DNA of 62,522 nt, the filler included, from a bacterium (GTDB lineage: Bacteria > JALSQH01): the NCBI GenBank assembly GCA_027004335.1. It is 8 parts of 8 records of this genome, joined end to end, with 100 filler letters (N's around TTAATTAATTAA, not from the genome) between each part and the next. Parts side by side here need not be neighbours in the genome. Positions count along the whole stretch, not along the records: positions 16,396 to 31,448 come from JALTID010000022.1; 7 more parts are not named here. One strand, written 5' to 3'. Position 1 is the first letter of the stretch; every line of letters begins with the position of its first letter. The position numbers were made by a program, and so were the translations under genes. Shown piece by piece: positions 18,720 through 29,976 of the stretch. A model generated the notes under the pieces. That model was not told where the DNA came from. It made no database searches and worked only from the letters and a program-made list of their open reading frames with translations.

Positions 18720-20008
18720 ATGCTTGGAAACATTGATTCTCTTGGAAAGGTACCTGAGTTAAGAAAGAGAATTATTTTTACCCTTATTATGCTCGCCATT
18801 TACAGAATTGGGGTTTTTATCCCCACGCCTGGAGTTAATACTCAAGNNNNNNNNNNTTTGGGCTTGTTAATATGTTTTCAGGTGGTGCAATAAGTAGATT
18901 TTCGGTAACAGCTCTTGGTGTTATGCCCTATATCAGCGCTGCAATCATACTTGAAGTTTTAACAGTTGTTATTCCTCAACTTGATCAGCTAAAGAAACAG
19001 GGAGAACTGGGTAGGAAGAAGATAACTCAATATACGAGGTATCTTACTGTGGCGCTTGCCTTTTTCCAGGGACTAGGAATAGCTTATGGGCTGGAAGGCA
19101 TGAGGGGACCTGCTGGAGAAGTTATTGTTCTTTATCCTGGGTGGGCTTTCAGGTTTTTTACAGCTCTTATCCTTGCCACTGGAAGCACATTTCTTATGTG
19201 GTTAGGCGAGCAGATTACAGAAAGAGGAATAGGGAACGGTATTTCTTTATTGATCTATGCGGGAATAGTTGTAAGACTTCCAGGTGCAATTGGGAGTACT
19301 GTACAGATAATGAAAGTAGGTGAGATGTCACTTTTTACCCTTTTGTTTATACTCTTACTTGCTTTTCTCGTTGTCTGGTTCATTGTCTACATGGAAACGG
19401 CTCAGAGGCGATTACCTGTTCAATATGCCAGAAGAGTGGTGGGGAGAAAAGTGTATGGGGGGACCAGTACTCATCTCCCATTGAAGGTTAATACCGCTGG
19501 GGTTATTCCTCCCATTTTTGCAAGTTCACTGCTTATGTTTCCCCTGACTGTTACAAATTTTATGAAAACTCCCTTTACTGAAACCTTAAAATATTATTTT
19601 TCTCCTGGTGCCCTATGGTATGAAGCTTCTTATGTGGTACTTATTATATTTTTTGCATATTTTTACACTGCAATTCAATTTAATCCTGTTGATGTGGCTG
19701 ACAATTTAAAGAAATGGGGAGGTTATATTCCTGGCATTCGTCCTGGAACTCAAACTGCTGATTATATTGACAGAGTTTTATCCAGAATAACTCTTATTGG
19801 TGCTCTTTATGTGGCAGCAGTATGTGTTTTACCAACAATACTTATAAAAAGGTTTAATACCCCATTTTATTTTGGCGGTACCTCTCTGCTTATCGCAGTT
19901 GGTGTTGCCCTTGATACCATGCAACAGATACAGGCTCATCTCGTTAGCAGATATTATGAAGGGTTCTTAGGTAGGGGTGCAAAAATTAAAGGCAGAAGAT
20001 ACGGTTAA
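18720..20008 (+). CDS. secY: Preprotein translocase SecY (10-N gap at 18847-18856)
   Basis: ATG 18720 [22 protein letters not shown]..., [23 protein letters not shown]. Confidence 0.97.
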
Positions 20009-20027
20009 ATCTTAAAAGGAGAAGGGA

Positions 20028-20672
20028 ATGAATCTTATTTTTCTTGGGCCTCCGGGTGCTGGTAAGGGAACACAGGCAAAGAAACTTGTAGATCTTCTTG
20101 GGATTCCTCAGATTTCCACTGGTGATATTTTGAGAGAAAAGAAGAGGGAAGATTCTCCTTTAGGACATAAGGTGAGGGAGATTATGTCTGAAGGTAAACT
20201 TGTACCTGATGAAATTGTCATTGAGATTGTAAAGGAGCGGCTGGGAAAGCCTGATTGTGGAAAAGGATTTATACTTGATGGTTTTCCAAGAACGATTCCT
20301 CAGGCAGAAGCTCTTGAGAAGATCTTAGCTGAGATGCGAAAACAGCTTGATGCGGTGGTTTATATTGATGTCCCTGATGAGGAGTTGATCAGGAGAATTA
20401 GTGGGAGAAGAGTTTGCGAAGAATGTGGTGAGGAATACCACATAATTTTTAAGCCTCCCAGAGTAGAGGGAGTTTGTGATAAATGTGGTGGAAAACTGAT
20501 ACAGAGAGAAGATGATAAAGAAGAAGTTGTGAAGAAAAGAATAGAAGTGTATAACGAATCCACCGCACCACTTGTAGATTTTTATGAAAAGAAAGGCTTG
20601 CTGAAAAAAATCAATGGCGTGGCTTCTATGGAGAATGTTTTTGAAAGTATAAAAACTTCGCTTGGAGTTTAA
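20028..20672 (+). CDS. adk: Adenylate kinase (zinc lid)
   Basis: GPPGAGKGT, LDGFPRT, two CxxC in lid. Confidence 0.97.
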   Translation: MNLIFLGPPGAGKGTQAKKLVDLLGIPQISTGDILREKKREDSPLGHKVREIMSEGKLVPDEIVIEIVKERLGKPDCGKGFILDGFPRTIPQAEALEKILAEMRKQLDAVVYIDVPDEELIRRISGRRVCEECGEEYHIIFKPPRVEGVCDKCGGKLIQREDDKEEVVKKRIEVYNESTAPLVDFYEKKGLLKKINGVASMENVFESIKTSLGV

Positions 20673-20677
20673 TACTT

Positions 20678-21430
20678 ATGGGAATAAATATTAAGAGCCG
20701 TAGAGAAATTGAGATAATGAGAGATGCCAACAGGATAGTAGCTGAGGTCCTTGAAACCCTTAGAGAAGTGGTTGAGATAGGTATGAGTACAGATGAGCTT
20801 GATAAACTTGCAGTTAAAATAACCAGGGAACGCGGAGCAGTACCAGCATTTAAAGGTTATATGGGTTATCCCCGGGCACTCTGCGTCTCTATAAATGAAG
20901 AGATTGTTCATGGTATCCCTTCAAAAAAGAAAAGAATAAGAAATGGTGATCTGGTAAGTCTGGATTATGGGGTAATTTACAAGGGATATTACGGAGATGC
21001 AGCAATAAGTGTGGGTGTTGGGGAAATTTCTGATGTCGCGAAGAATTTGATGAAGGTGACAGAAGAATCACTGTATAAAGGAATTGAACAGGCAGTTCCC
21101 GGGAATCATCTTAGTGATATAGGCCATGCGGTTCAGTCTCATGTGGAAGGTAATGGTTTTAATGTTGTTAGGGATTTTGTTGGACATGGTATAGGAAAAA
21201 AGCTCCATGAAGAGCCACAGGTTCCTAATTATGGAGAACCGGGAAGAGGTGTTTTGCTCAGGAATGGAATGACCATAGCCATTGAACCTATGGTTACAGA
21301 GGGAACATGGAAAGTAAAAATTCTCTCTGATGGTTGGACTGCTGTTACCGCTGATGGGAAGCTTGCTGCTCATTTTGAGCATACCATTGCTATTACTGAT
21401 AACGGCCCTGAAATACTTAGCAGGTTGTAA
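20678..21430 (+). CDS. map: Methionine aminopeptidase type I
   Basis: HGIP, GHGIG..LHEEP, AIEPM, AHFEHT. Confidence 0.97.
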   Translation: MGINIKSRREIEIMRDANRIVAEVLETLREVVEIGMSTDELDKLAVKITRERGAVPAFKGYMGYPRALCVSINEEIVHGIPSKKKRIRNGDLVSLDYGVIYKGYYGDAAISVGVGEISDVAKNLMKVTEESLYKGIEQAVPGNHLSDIGHAVQSHVEGNGFNVVRDFVGHGIGKKLHEEPQVPNYGEPGRGVLLRNGMTIAIEPMVTEGTWKVKILSDGWTAVTADGKLAAHFEHTIAITDNGPEILSRL

Positions 21431-21439
21431 TATATGTTG

Positions 21440-21468
21440 TTGCAGGGAACAGTGCAATTTGTTAAAAT
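21440..21468 (+). promoter_or_regulatory. Candidate internal promoter for the infA-alpha operon
   Basis: TTGCAG-N17-TAAAAT with extended TG. Confidence 0.45.
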
Positions 21469-21494
21469 TACTGCTAAAATAAAAAGGATATTTT

Positions 21495-21731
21495 ATGCCT
21501 AAAAAGGAGCACAGATCGATTGAAGTAGGAGGAGAGGTGATAGAGTTGTTGCCCAATGCCATGTTTAAAGTGAAACTTGAAACTGGACAGGTAATTCTTG
21601 CACATATCTCAGGCAAGATGAGAATGCATTATATTAAGATCATTCCAGGAGATAAAGTCACAGTGGAGATTTCCCCTTATGATTTAAGCAGAGGGAGGAT
21701 AACCTACAGATTAAAAGGAGACAGAAAATGA
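21495..21731 (+). CDS. infA: Translation initiation factor IF-1
   Basis: [29 protein letters not shown]. Confidence 0.97.
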   Translation: MPKKEHRSIEVGGEVIELLPNAMFKVKLETGQVILAHISGKMRMHYIKIIPGDKVTVEISPYDLSRGRITYRLKGDRK

Positions 21732-21841
21732 AGGTTAAAGCATCTGTGAAAAAAAGATGTGAAAAGTGCAAGATTGTTAAGAGGAGAGGGAAAATTTATG
21801 TGATATGTGAAAATCCGAGACATAAACAGAGACAGGGTTAA
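21728..21841 (+). CDS. rpmJ: 50S ribosomal protein L36 (zinc-binding form)
   Basis: Hand translation [37 protein letters not shown]; below the ORF-track length cutoff. Confidence 0.97.
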   Translation: MKVKASVKKRCEKCKIVKRRGKIYVICENPRHKQRQG

Positions 21842-21852
21842 GGAGGAGAAAG

Positions 21853-22233
21853 ATGCCAAGAATAGCAGGGGTAGATATTCCTAAGAGTAAGAAAATAGTT
21901 ACAAGCCTGACTTACATCTATGGTATAGGAAAATCTACTTCACTGGAAATACTTGAGAAAGCTGAAGTTGATCCTGATAAAAGGGCTGGGGAACTCTCAG
22001 CAGATGAGGTACAAAGGATAAGGAAAGTTATTGATGAAGAATACAAGGTTGAGGGTGCTCTCAGATCTGAGGTACAGAGGAATATAAAAAGGCTCATGGA
22101 CATAAAGGCTTATCGGGGATTGAGACATATGAGAGGCCTTCCTGTAAGGGGACAGAGAACCCATTCTAATGCTCGCTCAAGAAAAGGTCCCCGAAATAAG
22201 CTTAGTACCAAGAAAAAGAGAAGAGAGAAATAA
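21853..22233 (+). CDS. rpsM: 30S ribosomal protein S13
   Basis: [23 protein letters not shown]. Confidence 0.97.
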   Translation: MPRIAGVDIPKSKKIVTSLTYIYGIGKSTSLEILEKAEVDPDKRAGELSADEVQRIRKVIDEEYKVEGALRSEVQRNIKRLMDIKAYRGLRHMRGLPVRGQRTHSNARSRKGPRNKLSTKKKRREK

Positions 22234-22247
22234 TTGGAGGATAGTAA

Positions 22248-22640
22248 ATGACTACCAATAGACGAAGAGGTAAAAGAAGGAAAACAAAAAAAGGTATAAC
22301 TGAGGGTAAAATATATATTCATGCGACATTCAACAACACAATTATTACAGTTACTGATCCTGATGGAAATGTCATTACCTGGTCCTCAGGCGGAGTTGCT
22401 GGATTTAAGGGTGCCAGGAAAGGTACCCCCTATGCTGCACAACTGGCAGCGGAAGATGCAATAAAAAAGGCCACTGCAACGGGATTAAAAAGGGCTAGAA
22501 TTTATGTTAAAGGTCCGGGACCAGGTAGAGAATCTGCTTTGCGTGCTATTGGAATGAGTGGGATTCAGGTAACTTTGATTAAGGATATAACCCCTATTCC
22601 GCATGATGGTTGCAGACCACCGAAACGAAGAAGAGTTTAG
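22248..22640 (+). CDS. rpsK: 30S ribosomal protein S11
   Basis: [28 protein letters not shown]. Confidence 0.97.
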   Translation: MTTNRRRGKRRKTKKGITEGKIYIHATFNNTIITVTDPDGNVITWSSGGVAGFKGARKGTPYAAQLAAEDAIKKATATGLKRARIYVKGPGPGRESALRAIGMSGIQVTLIKDITPIPHDGCRPPKRRRV

Positions 22641-22658
22641 CAAGAAAGGAGGCGTTTT

Positions 22659-23291
22659 GTGGGAAGATATACTGGCCCTGTCTGCAGGCTATGCAGAAGA
22701 GAAGGAATGAAACTTTATTTAAAGGGTGAAAAATGTTATAGTCCAAGCTGTCCTTTTGAAAAACGCCCCTTTCCTCCAGGCCAGCATGGTAGAAATGTGA
22801 GGTCACGCCCCACAGACTACTGGATCAGGCTAAGAGAGAAACAGAGAGCAAGGAAGATTTATGGTGTTAGTGAGAAACAATTTAAAAAGTATTATGAGAT
22901 GGCTGATAGGATAAAAGGTGTTACGGGGGAAAATTTACTTGTTATACTTGAGAGAAGACTTGATAATGTTGTTTACAGAATGGGTTTTGCTGTTTCAAGA
23001 AAACAGGCAAGGCAGCTTGTAACACACAGACATTTTAAGGTTAATGGAAGAGTGGTTGATAAACCTTCATATCTTCTCAAGCCCGGAGATATTGTGGAAA
23101 TAAAGGATGAAAGTAAGGATATGGAACTTGTAAGAGAAAACCTTGAGAGTACAAAAGAAAGAGGGTTCCCACACTGGGTTGAAGTTGAACCAGAGGCTTT
23201 AAAAGGGAAGTTTGTATCTTATCCTGCAAGAGAGGACCTCAGGACACCAGAGATACGGGAACAGTTAATCGTTGAGTTTTATTCAAGATGA
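22659..23291 (+). CDS. rpsD: 30S ribosomal protein S4
   Basis: [26 protein letters not shown]. Confidence 0.97.
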   Translation: MGRYTGPVCRLCRREGMKLYLKGEKCYSPSCPFEKRPFPPGQHGRNVRSRPTDYWIRLREKQRARKIYGVSEKQFKKYYEMADRIKGVTGENLLVILERRLDNVVYRMGFAVSRKQARQLVTHRHFKVNGRVVDKPSYLLKPGDIVEIKDESKDMELVRENLESTKERGFPHWVEVEPEALKGKFVSYPAREDLRTPEIREQLIVEFYSR

Positions 23292-23316
23292 AAAACTCTC
23301 CATAGGAGGATTGTAA

Positions 23317-24315
23317 ATGTATGATATTGAAAAATTCTGGTATTCTTTTATTAAGCCTGCAGGAATACTCTATAATGTAAATAACTTAACTGATACCTAT
23401 GGGAAGTTTTATGTAGAGCCTTTTGAGAGAGGGTATGGAATCACTATTGGAAATTCACTTAGAAGAGTATTGCTATCTTCTGTTCCAGGTGCTGCTATTG
23501 TGGCTATCAAGGTTGAGGGTGTTCTTCATGAATTTACCAGTTTATCGGGGGTCATAGAGGATATTCCTGATATAATCTTAAATCTTAAGTCTATCAGGGT
23601 TTCTCTTGAATCAGAGGACAGGATTGTTGAGGGAACCCTTGAAATTGACAAAGAGGGTGAAGTCAAGGCAAAGGAGATAAATTTTCCTGAAAGTGTAAAA
23701 ATCCTCACACCAGATGTTCACATTGCTACGGTGGCAGAAGGTGGGAAGTTATCAATGAGATTATGGGTTATGAGAGGTAAAGGTTATACACCTGCTGAGA
23801 GAATCAAAGATGAATTTATTGAACCTGCTATTGATATGATTTTTATTGATGCAGATTTCTCTCCGGTGAGGAAGGTGACTTATCATGTAACGAATGCAAG
23901 GGTGGGGAAAGTTTCCGATTATGACAGATTGAATATTGAGATATGGACAGATGGAAGTGCTAATCCTAAGGATTCTCTTTTTTATGCATCACAGTTACTT
24001 ATTAAGCACTTTGAAGTTTTTTCCAATATTGTGCCAGAGGAGAAGGAAGAAGAAAAGAAAGAGCCTGAGATTGATCCTATTTTTTATACTCCGATAGAGG
24101 AGTTGAAATTTCCTGAAAGGGCTATGAATTGTCTGAGAAATGAGAATATAAAATATCTTGGTGAACTTGTTCAGAGGAGTGAGAGTGAACTTCTAAATAT
24201 AAAGAATCTTGGTGAGAAAACTCTCAATGAGATAAAACAGATTCTTGAACAGCACGATCTCTTCCTCGGTATGACAGTTGAAGGATGGAAAAATCCCCAG
24301 GAGAGCAAGGAGTAA
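23317..24315 (+). CDS. rpoA: RNA polymerase alpha subunit
   Basis: EPFERGYGITIGNSLRRVLLSS; alpha-CTD RAMNCL..NLGEKT. Confidence 0.97.
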   Translation: MYDIEKFWYSFIKPAGILYNVNNLTDTYGKFYVEPFERGYGITIGNSLRRVLLSSVPGAAIVAIKVEGVLHEFTSLSGVIEDIPDIILNLKSIRVSLESEDRIVEGTLEIDKEGEVKAKEINFPESVKILTPDVHIATVAEGGKLSMRLWVMRGKGYTPAERIKDEFIEPAIDMIFIDADFSPVRKVTYHVTNARVGKVSDYDRLNIEIWTDGSANPKDSLFYASQLLIKHFEVFSNIVPEEKEEEKKEPEIDPIFYTPIEELKFPERAMNCLRNENIKYLGELVQRSESELLNIKNLGEKTLNEIKQILEQHDLFLGMTVEGWKNPQESKE

Positions 24316-24318
24316 CCT

Positions 24319-25023
24319 ATGAGGCACAAAAAAGATCACAGTAAATTGAATAGGGATAAGGATAATAGAAAAGCTCTTACAAAGAATCTGCTGAGAACTC
24401 TTTTTACTCATGAAAAGATTGTTACTACTGTGGCAAAGGCAAAGGATCTGAGGAGGCACTCCGACAGATTGATAACTCTGGGTAAGAGGGGAGATCTCCA
24501 TGCAAGAAGGCTTGCTTTCGCTGTGTTACAGGATAAGGAGCTTGTTAAGAAAATTTTTGATGAACTTGCCCCCAGGTATAAAAATAGACTTGGTGGTTAT
24601 ACGAGGGTATTAAAATACAGAAACAGAAGAGGTGATAATGCTCCTCTTGCCGTGGTAGAGCTTGTACAGGAAGAGCTTAAGGTTAGAGTTAAGAGGAAAA
24701 AGATAAAAGAGGAAAGAAAGAAATTAGAGGAGGAGAAAAAACAGGAAGCTCTTGAAGCTGAAGAGAAAAAGTTAGAGCAAGAAGGTGCAAAAGCTGAAGT
24801 TGAAGAAGAGGCTCAGGAAACTGCTGGGGAAGTGGAAACCGAAGGGAAAAAGGAAACTAAAGCTAAAACGAAAAAGAAAACAGAAAAGAAGGAAGAGGGT
24901 AAAACTGAAAGGAAAAAAAGTCCCCCAAAGGTAATAACGGAAAAGAAAGAGAAAGAGGAGAAGAAAGAAGAAAAAGCAGCTAAAGAAGAGAAAAAAGGGG
25001 AAGAGAGAAAGCCTGAAGAATAA
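24319..25023 (+). CDS. rplQ: 50S ribosomal protein L17 with long Glu/Lys-rich C-terminal extension
   Basis: MRH, TTVAKAK, GGYTRV, RRGDNAPLA, then about 115 aa of E/K-rich tail. Confidence 0.96.
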   Translation: MRHKKDHSKLNRDKDNRKALTKNLLRTLFTHEKIVTTVAKAKDLRRHSDRLITLGKRGDLHARRLAFAVLQDKELVKKIFDELAPRYKNRLGGYTRVLKYRNRRGDNAPLAVVELVQEELKVRVKRKKIKEERKKLEEEKKQEALEAEEKKLEQEGAKAEVEEEAQETAGEVETEGKKETKAKTKKKTEKKEEGKTERKKSPPKVITEKKEKEEKKEEKAAKEEKKGEERKPEE

Positions 25024-25048
25024 TTTTTAAGTCAAGTCATTGCAAAAT

Positions 25049-25816
25049 TTAGGAGGCATTAAAGGCTCCCTTTTTTATTGCCGCAACCCATTCTCTTATG
25101 TCATCATTATTTTCCAGTTTTTTTATAAGGGCTGAGCCTATTATTATTCCATCCACCATCCTTTTAAGAGGTTCAACCTGCCCTGCTGTTTTGATCCCAA
25201 ATCCAATTGCCACAGGTTTTGTGGTTGATTTTTTTAATCTTTTTATAAGAGAGATCCCCTCTTCAGGTATTTCGTCTCTCTCTCCTGTGGTTCCACTTCT
25301 TGAAACTGCATAGATGAAACCGCTTGAATTTTTAATCAACCTGTTAAAATACTCTCCCTTGATTGTTGGTGGGATCAGCATTGGAGTTGCCAGCCCCATC
25401 TTATTAAGCGTTCTGTAGAAAATTTTCCCCTCTATAAGGGGCAAATCAGGTATTATTAATCCATCTATCCCGGAGTTCAAAAGTTTCCCTGGGTAATTTT
25501 TATCTTTTGCAATTAAATTATAGTAAGTCATTGTAATAAAAGGTATCTCAGGATGTTTTTCTCTCAGAATTTTGATCAATTCCAGATACCTTTCTGGATC
25601 CATACCTCTTTCAAGAGCTATTTTAGAAGCTTTTTGTATAGTGGGTCCATCTGCCACAGGATCACTAAATGGGAGTCCAATTTCTATTATATCAAACCCT
25701 GAATTTATACTTTTTTCAATCCAGTGTATTGATCCCTCAAAATCTGGGTAGCCAGCTGCTAAGTATCCTATCATAATTCCGTTTTTAATTTTAAAAGCTT
25801 TTTCAACTCTGTTCAT
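25049..25816 (-). CDS. trpA: Tryptophan synthase alpha
   Basis: [22 protein letters not shown]. Confidence 0.96.
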   Translation of the reverse strand: MNRVEKAFKIKNGIMIGYLAAGYPDFEGSIHWIEKSINSGFDIIEIGLPFSDPVADGPTIQKASKIALERGMDPERYLELIKILREKHPEIPFITMTYYNLIAKDKNYPGKLLNSGIDGLIIPDLPLIEGKIFYRTLNKMGLATPMLIPPTIKGEYFNRLIKNSSGFIYAVSRSGTTGERDEIPEEGISLIKRLKKSTTKPVAIGFGIKTAGQVEPLKRMVDGIIIGSALIKKLENNDDIREWVAAIKKGAFNAS

Positions 25817-26981
25817 TTAGTGCCTCCATTATCACTTCCATATCCTTGTCTCCTCTTCCAGAGATATTTACAACGATTATCTCATTTTTCTTAAACCTGC
25901 CGGATTCTCTTAAAAGATATGCAACTGCGTGAGCTGATTCAAGGGCTGGAATTATCCCTTCTGATTGGGATAGTACTTTTACAGCTTCAATAACCTCATC
26001 ATCTGTGGCACTTGACGCTATAATTCTGCCGCTTTCAGCTAAGTAGGATAGTTCAGGCCCCACCCCTGGATAATCAAGACCGGGAGCAATGGAATGAACT
26101 TTTTTAACCTGCCCCCATCTATCCTGGAGCAAAAGTGAGTTGGTTCCGTGTAAATATCCTTTTTCTCCTCTGTTGAGTGTTGCAGAATGGAGGTCATTTA
26201 AACCCCTACCAGCTGCTTCTACCCCCACCAATTTTGTCTCCCGGTTTTTTATAAATGCGGAGAATATCCCCATGGCATTAGAACCACCACCAACACATGC
26301 TAATACATAATCAGGATTTCTCCTCTCAAATTTCTGTATCTGTGCTTTAGTTTCTCTACCTATAATGGATTGAAAATACTTAACAATAGCCGGATAGGGA
26401 TGTGGTCCAACTACAGATCCGAGGAGGTAGTATGTGTCTTTTACTCTCTCTGCCCAGTCTCTCAATGCTTCATTTATAGCATCCTTGAGGGTGCCACTAC
26501 CTTTTTCAACGGGAATCACCTTTGCCCCTAAAAGTTCCATCCTGAGTACATTTAACCTCTGTCTTATAACATCCTCGCTTCCCATAAATACTTCACACTC
26601 AAGACCCAGATATGCCGCTGCTGTAGCAGTGGCAACACCATGCTGGCCTGCCCCGGTTTCTGCAATGATTCGTTTTCTTCCCATATACTTTGCCAGTAGC
26701 GCCTGTCCGATGGTATTGTTGATCTTATGTGCCCCTGTGTGAGCAAGATCCTCTCTTTTCAGGTAGACCTTTGCCCCCACAACTTCTGATAATCTATGGG
26801 CGTATGTGAGGGGAGTGGGTCTTCCCACATAGGTTTTGAGAAGATGGTGGAGTTCCTTTTTAAACTCCTTATCCTTCTTTGCTTTTAAAAAATTTTCCTC
26901 AAGCTCCTGCAAGATTGGTATAAATAGCTCAGGGATATATACCCCTCCAAACCCACCGTAGTAGCGTTTTAGCTTAAACAT
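25803..26981 (-). CDS. trpB: Tryptophan synthase beta
   Basis: [26 protein letters not shown]. Confidence 0.98.
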   Translation of the reverse strand: MFKLKRYYGGFGGVYIPELFIPILQELEENFLKAKKDKEFKKELHHLLKTYVGRPTPLTYAHRLSEVVGAKVYLKREDLAHTGAHKINNTIGQALLAKYMGRKRIIAETGAGQHGVATATAAAYLGLECEVFMGSEDVIRQRLNVLRMELLGAKVIPVEKGSGTLKDAINEALRDWAERVKDTYYLLGSVVGPHPYPAIVKYFQSIIGRETKAQIQKFERRNPDYVLACVGGGSNAMGIFSAFIKNRETKLVGVEAAGRGLNDLHSATLNRGEKGYLHGTNSLLLQDRWGQVKKVHSIAPGLDYPGVGPELSYLAESGRIIASSATDDEVIEAVKVLSQSEGIIPALESAHAVAYLLRESGRFKKNEIIVVNISGRGDKDMEVIMEALNEQS

Positions 26982-27601
26982 CCTGCCTCCTTTAGTTTCT
27001 TTTTAAGAGAAACTATTTTTCTTGAAGATTTTATACCTGGTGATATTTCTACGCCAGAATTAAAATCAAGTCCAAAGGGCTTAAAAATTTTTAAAGGTTG
27101 CTGAAAATTTGATTCATTCAAGCCTCCGGCGATAATCACTGGAAAATCTAGCTCTTTCAAAAAGGAAAGTCTTTGATGGTTAAATGTTTTTCCAGAACCT
27201 CCATAATTCTCTGTCGGAGTATCAATCAGTATTGCGAATGGCGATTTTGAAATGTAGCTCTCAATTAATTCCGGTAGATTTTCCATAGCTGGAATAGCTT
27301 TTATGACTGTGCTATGAGGAAATTTTCTGATAATTTCGGGAGGCTCATTGCCATGAAGCTGGAGATAATCAAGCCCCACATAATTTAATATCCTGATTAT
27401 TTTCTCTGGTTCTTCATTAACAAAAATACCGACTTTTTTTATTGTTGTGAGGTTTTCAGAAATGAATCTTGCTTCTTCAGGAGATATGAACCTTTTGCTT
27501 TTAGGATAAAAATTAAATCCGACTGCACTGAATCCATTCTTTTCTATTAAAAGAGCTGTTGCGAGATCTCTTACCCCACAGATCTTAACCCAGCATGGCA
27601 T
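26969..27601 (-). CDS. trpF: Phosphoribosylanthranilate isomerase
   Basis: VKICG, QLHG.E, GGSGKTF, AGGL, SGVE. Confidence 0.95.
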   Translation of the reverse strand: MPCWVKICGVRDLATALLIEKNGFSAVGFNFYPKSKRFISPEEARFISENLTTIKKVGIFVNEEPEKIIRILNYVGLDYLQLHGNEPPEIIRKFPHSTVIKAIPAMENLPELIESYISKSPFAILIDTPTENYGGSGKTFNHQRLSFLKELDFPVIIAGGLNESNFQQPLKIFKPFGLDFNSGVEISPGIKSSRKIVSLKKKLKEAGCLS

Positions 27602-28355
27602 TTTTTAACTCCTTTATTTTATTTATGTAATTGGATGATTTCAAAATTGAGGTTCCAATGAGAAAACCTTTGACGCCTTTTCTGGAAAGGATTTTGATAT
27701 CATCCGGGGTTCCAATGCCACTTTCAGAGATAATTGTTATTTCTTCCGGTATAAAGGGCATGAGTTCCAGTGTGGTTTCAATTGTTGTTTTGAAGGTTCT
27801 GAGGTTTCTGTTATTTATGCCTATGATCTCAGGGTTAATATTTAATGCTTTAATGATATCCTCTCTGTTATGGACCTCTACAATTACCTGAAGACCCTTC
27901 CCTCTTGCGATGTTGTAAAATTCTGCCAGTTCTTTTTCTGTGAGAATTGATGCAATGAGAAGAATTATGTCTGCTCCAAGATTGTATGCTAAATCAATCT
28001 GCCACGGGTCTATTATAAATTCTTTGAATAATAATGGTACTTCAAAGGATGTTGCAAGCTCTCGCGTGAAACAGGGGTCTCCCTGAAAGAACTTCCTATC
28101 TGCAAGCACAGAAATAGCATCCGCACCAGCCCTGACATAGGTTGTAGCAATTTCTCCTATTGAAAATTTTTCAGGGAGAATTCTCCCCTCAGAGGGAGAG
28201 GCGGGTTTTATTTCAGTGAGGATAAATGAATGAGCAGGTGGAAAAAAGAGGGTTTCACGGGGTCTCATGGTTGGATCTAATTTTGCAAATTCTTCTTTGA
28301 GTCCTTTTAACTCTCCTCTTTTATGTTGTATTATGGTCGTGAGGATATCGCTCAT
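27585..28355 (-). CDS. trpC: Indole-3-glycerol phosphate synthase
   Basis: EIKPASPSEG, VEVH, GINNRNL, SESGI. Confidence 0.95.
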   Translation of the reverse strand: MSDILTTIIQHKRGELKGLKEEFAKLDPTMRPRETLFFPPAHSFILTEIKPASPSEGRILPEKFSIGEIATTYVRAGADAISVLADRKFFQGDPCFTRELATSFEVPLLFKEFIIDPWQIDLAYNLGADIILLIASILTEKELAEFYNIARGKGLQVIVEVHNREDIIKALNINPEIIGINNRNLRTFKTTIETTLELMPFIPEEITIISESGIGTPDDIKILSRKGVKGFLIGTSILKSSNYINKIKELKNAMLG

Positions 28356-29395
28356 CCTGTAACTTCCTCCTTCTGGGAAAAACCTATAAGCTGATTTAGT
28401 TTTTCAAGGGGCTTAAAGGAGTTAAGAATTTCTTTGGCTTCTGCTACACCATCTGCGAGAGCTCCCCCGTTTCTGAGGTAAAAGAGCATCCCTGAATTCA
28501 ATATCGTCATATCTTTTGCTACTTCTGGAGCCTCTCCAGTGAAAATGGCTTTGATCAATGAGGCACTTTCTTCCGGATTCGTAACTATTATCTCCTCCAT
28601 CTCTTCAGGAGAGTGCTTCATTCCTAACTGTTCAGGCTGTATGATAACCTCTTCAAATTTTTCCTCATCAAAAATTATGGCCCTTGTGGGAGCAAAAGGT
28701 GAAATTTCGTCAAGCCCATCATAACTGGAGAAAACCGCTGCTTTTTTCACACCTAATTTTTTCAAAACCTTTGCTACTGGCTTAACAAAATCCGGGGAGA
28801 ATACCCCCATTGTGTGATATGTCACTGGACCAGCAGGGTTCACAAGAGGTCCGATTATGTTGAAAATTGTACGGAAGCCTAACTTCTGTCTCACAGGTGC
28901 CACTGCCTTCATGGCTGGATGAAAAAATGGTGCAAAGAGAAAAGTGATCCCGATTTTCTTAAGAGCTTCCTCAGCCCTTTTAGGAGTCAGAGAAGTTATG
29001 TTTATTCCCAGCGACACAAGTACATCTGCAGATCCGGAGGAACTTGTAACTGATCTGTTTCCATGTTTTGCCACTCTGAAACCACCTGCTGCTGCAACAA
29101 AGGCCTCTGCTGTGGAGATGTTAAAGGTGCTTTTGCCGTCTCCTCCGGTGCCACAGGTGTCAACAAGGTTTTCTCTGTCTTTACATTTTACCATTACCAT
29201 CTTTTCCTTTAATGCCTCAGCCACACCCAAAATCTCTTCCTCCTTTTCCCCTTTCATCCTGAGTGCAGTTAAAAATGCACTGCTCTGAATGGGATCCATC
29301 TCTTCGCTGAGAATTGCGGAGATGATACTTTTCACCTCCTCCGCCTCTAAATCCTCATGGTTGATCAATTTTGATATTGCTGTTTTGTAGCTCAT
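28352..29395 (-). CDS. trpD: Anthranilate phosphoribosyltransferase
   Basis: DTCGTGGD, FNIST, KHGNRS, DGLDE. Confidence 0.96.
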   Translation of the reverse strand: MSYKTAISKLINHEDLEAEEVKSIISAILSEEMDPIQSSAFLTALRMKGEKEEEILGVAEALKEKMVMVKCKDRENLVDTCGTGGDGKSTFNISTAEAFVAAAGGFRVAKHGNRSVTSSSGSADVLVSLGINITSLTPKRAEEALKKIGITFLFAPFFHPAMKAVAPVRQKLGFRTIFNIIGPLVNPAGPVTYHTMGVFSPDFVKPVAKVLKKLGVKKAAVFSSYDGLDEISPFAPTRAIIFDEEKFEEVIIQPEQLGMKHSPEEMEEIIVTNPEESASLIKAIFTGEAPEVAKDMTILNSGMLFYLRNGGALADGVAEAKEILNSFKPLEKLNQLIGFSQKEEVTG

Positions 29396-29976
29396 TTTAA
29401 CCCTCCTGTGGCTATTTTTATGAAATTTTTGATTATTTCCTTACCCTGTGGTGTTAGAACCGACTCAGGATGGAACTGAATGCCATACACAGGCAGCTCC
29501 CTGTGCTTTATTGCCATAATCTCATTATCATCTGTTGATCTTGCAAGGATCTCAATTTCATCTGGAAGACCATCCACAACCAGTGAATGATATCTACCTC
29601 CTTCAATTTCTTCTGGAAGATTTTCAAAAATTTCTGCTCCCTGCTGGAGTTTTATCTTTGAGGACTTCCCGTGCATTATTTTTTTTGCCTGCCTGATTTT
29701 CCCTCCAAAGGCGTAGCCAATAACCTGGTGTCCAAGACAGATACCTAATGTGGGAATCTTAGAAAATCTCTTTGCTATTTCCACCACACCAGGGATCTTT
29801 TCAGGTCGTCCAGGACCGGGGGAAATCACAATTGCTTCTATTTTCATATCAATGACTTTTGCTGGAACAACTAAATTACTTCGGAGTACTCTGACATTCT
29901 CTTCTCCAATAAATTCAGCAATGTACTGGTAGAGGTTGTAAACAAAAGAGTCAAAATTATCTATTATCAAAAACAT
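29392..29976 (-). CDS. trpG: Anthranilate synthase component II
   Basis: IDNFDSF, SPGPG, GICLGHQ, QFHPES. Confidence 0.95.
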   Translation of the reverse strand: MFLIIDNFDSFVYNLYQYIAEFIGEENVRVLRSNLVVPAKVIDMKIEAIVISPGPGRPEKIPGVVEIAKRFSKIPTLGICLGHQVIGYAFGGKIRQAKKIMHGKSSKIKLQQGAEIFENLPEEIEGGRYHSLVVDGLPDEIEILARSTDDNEIMAIKHRELPVYGIQFHPESVLTPQGKEIIKNFIKIATGGLK

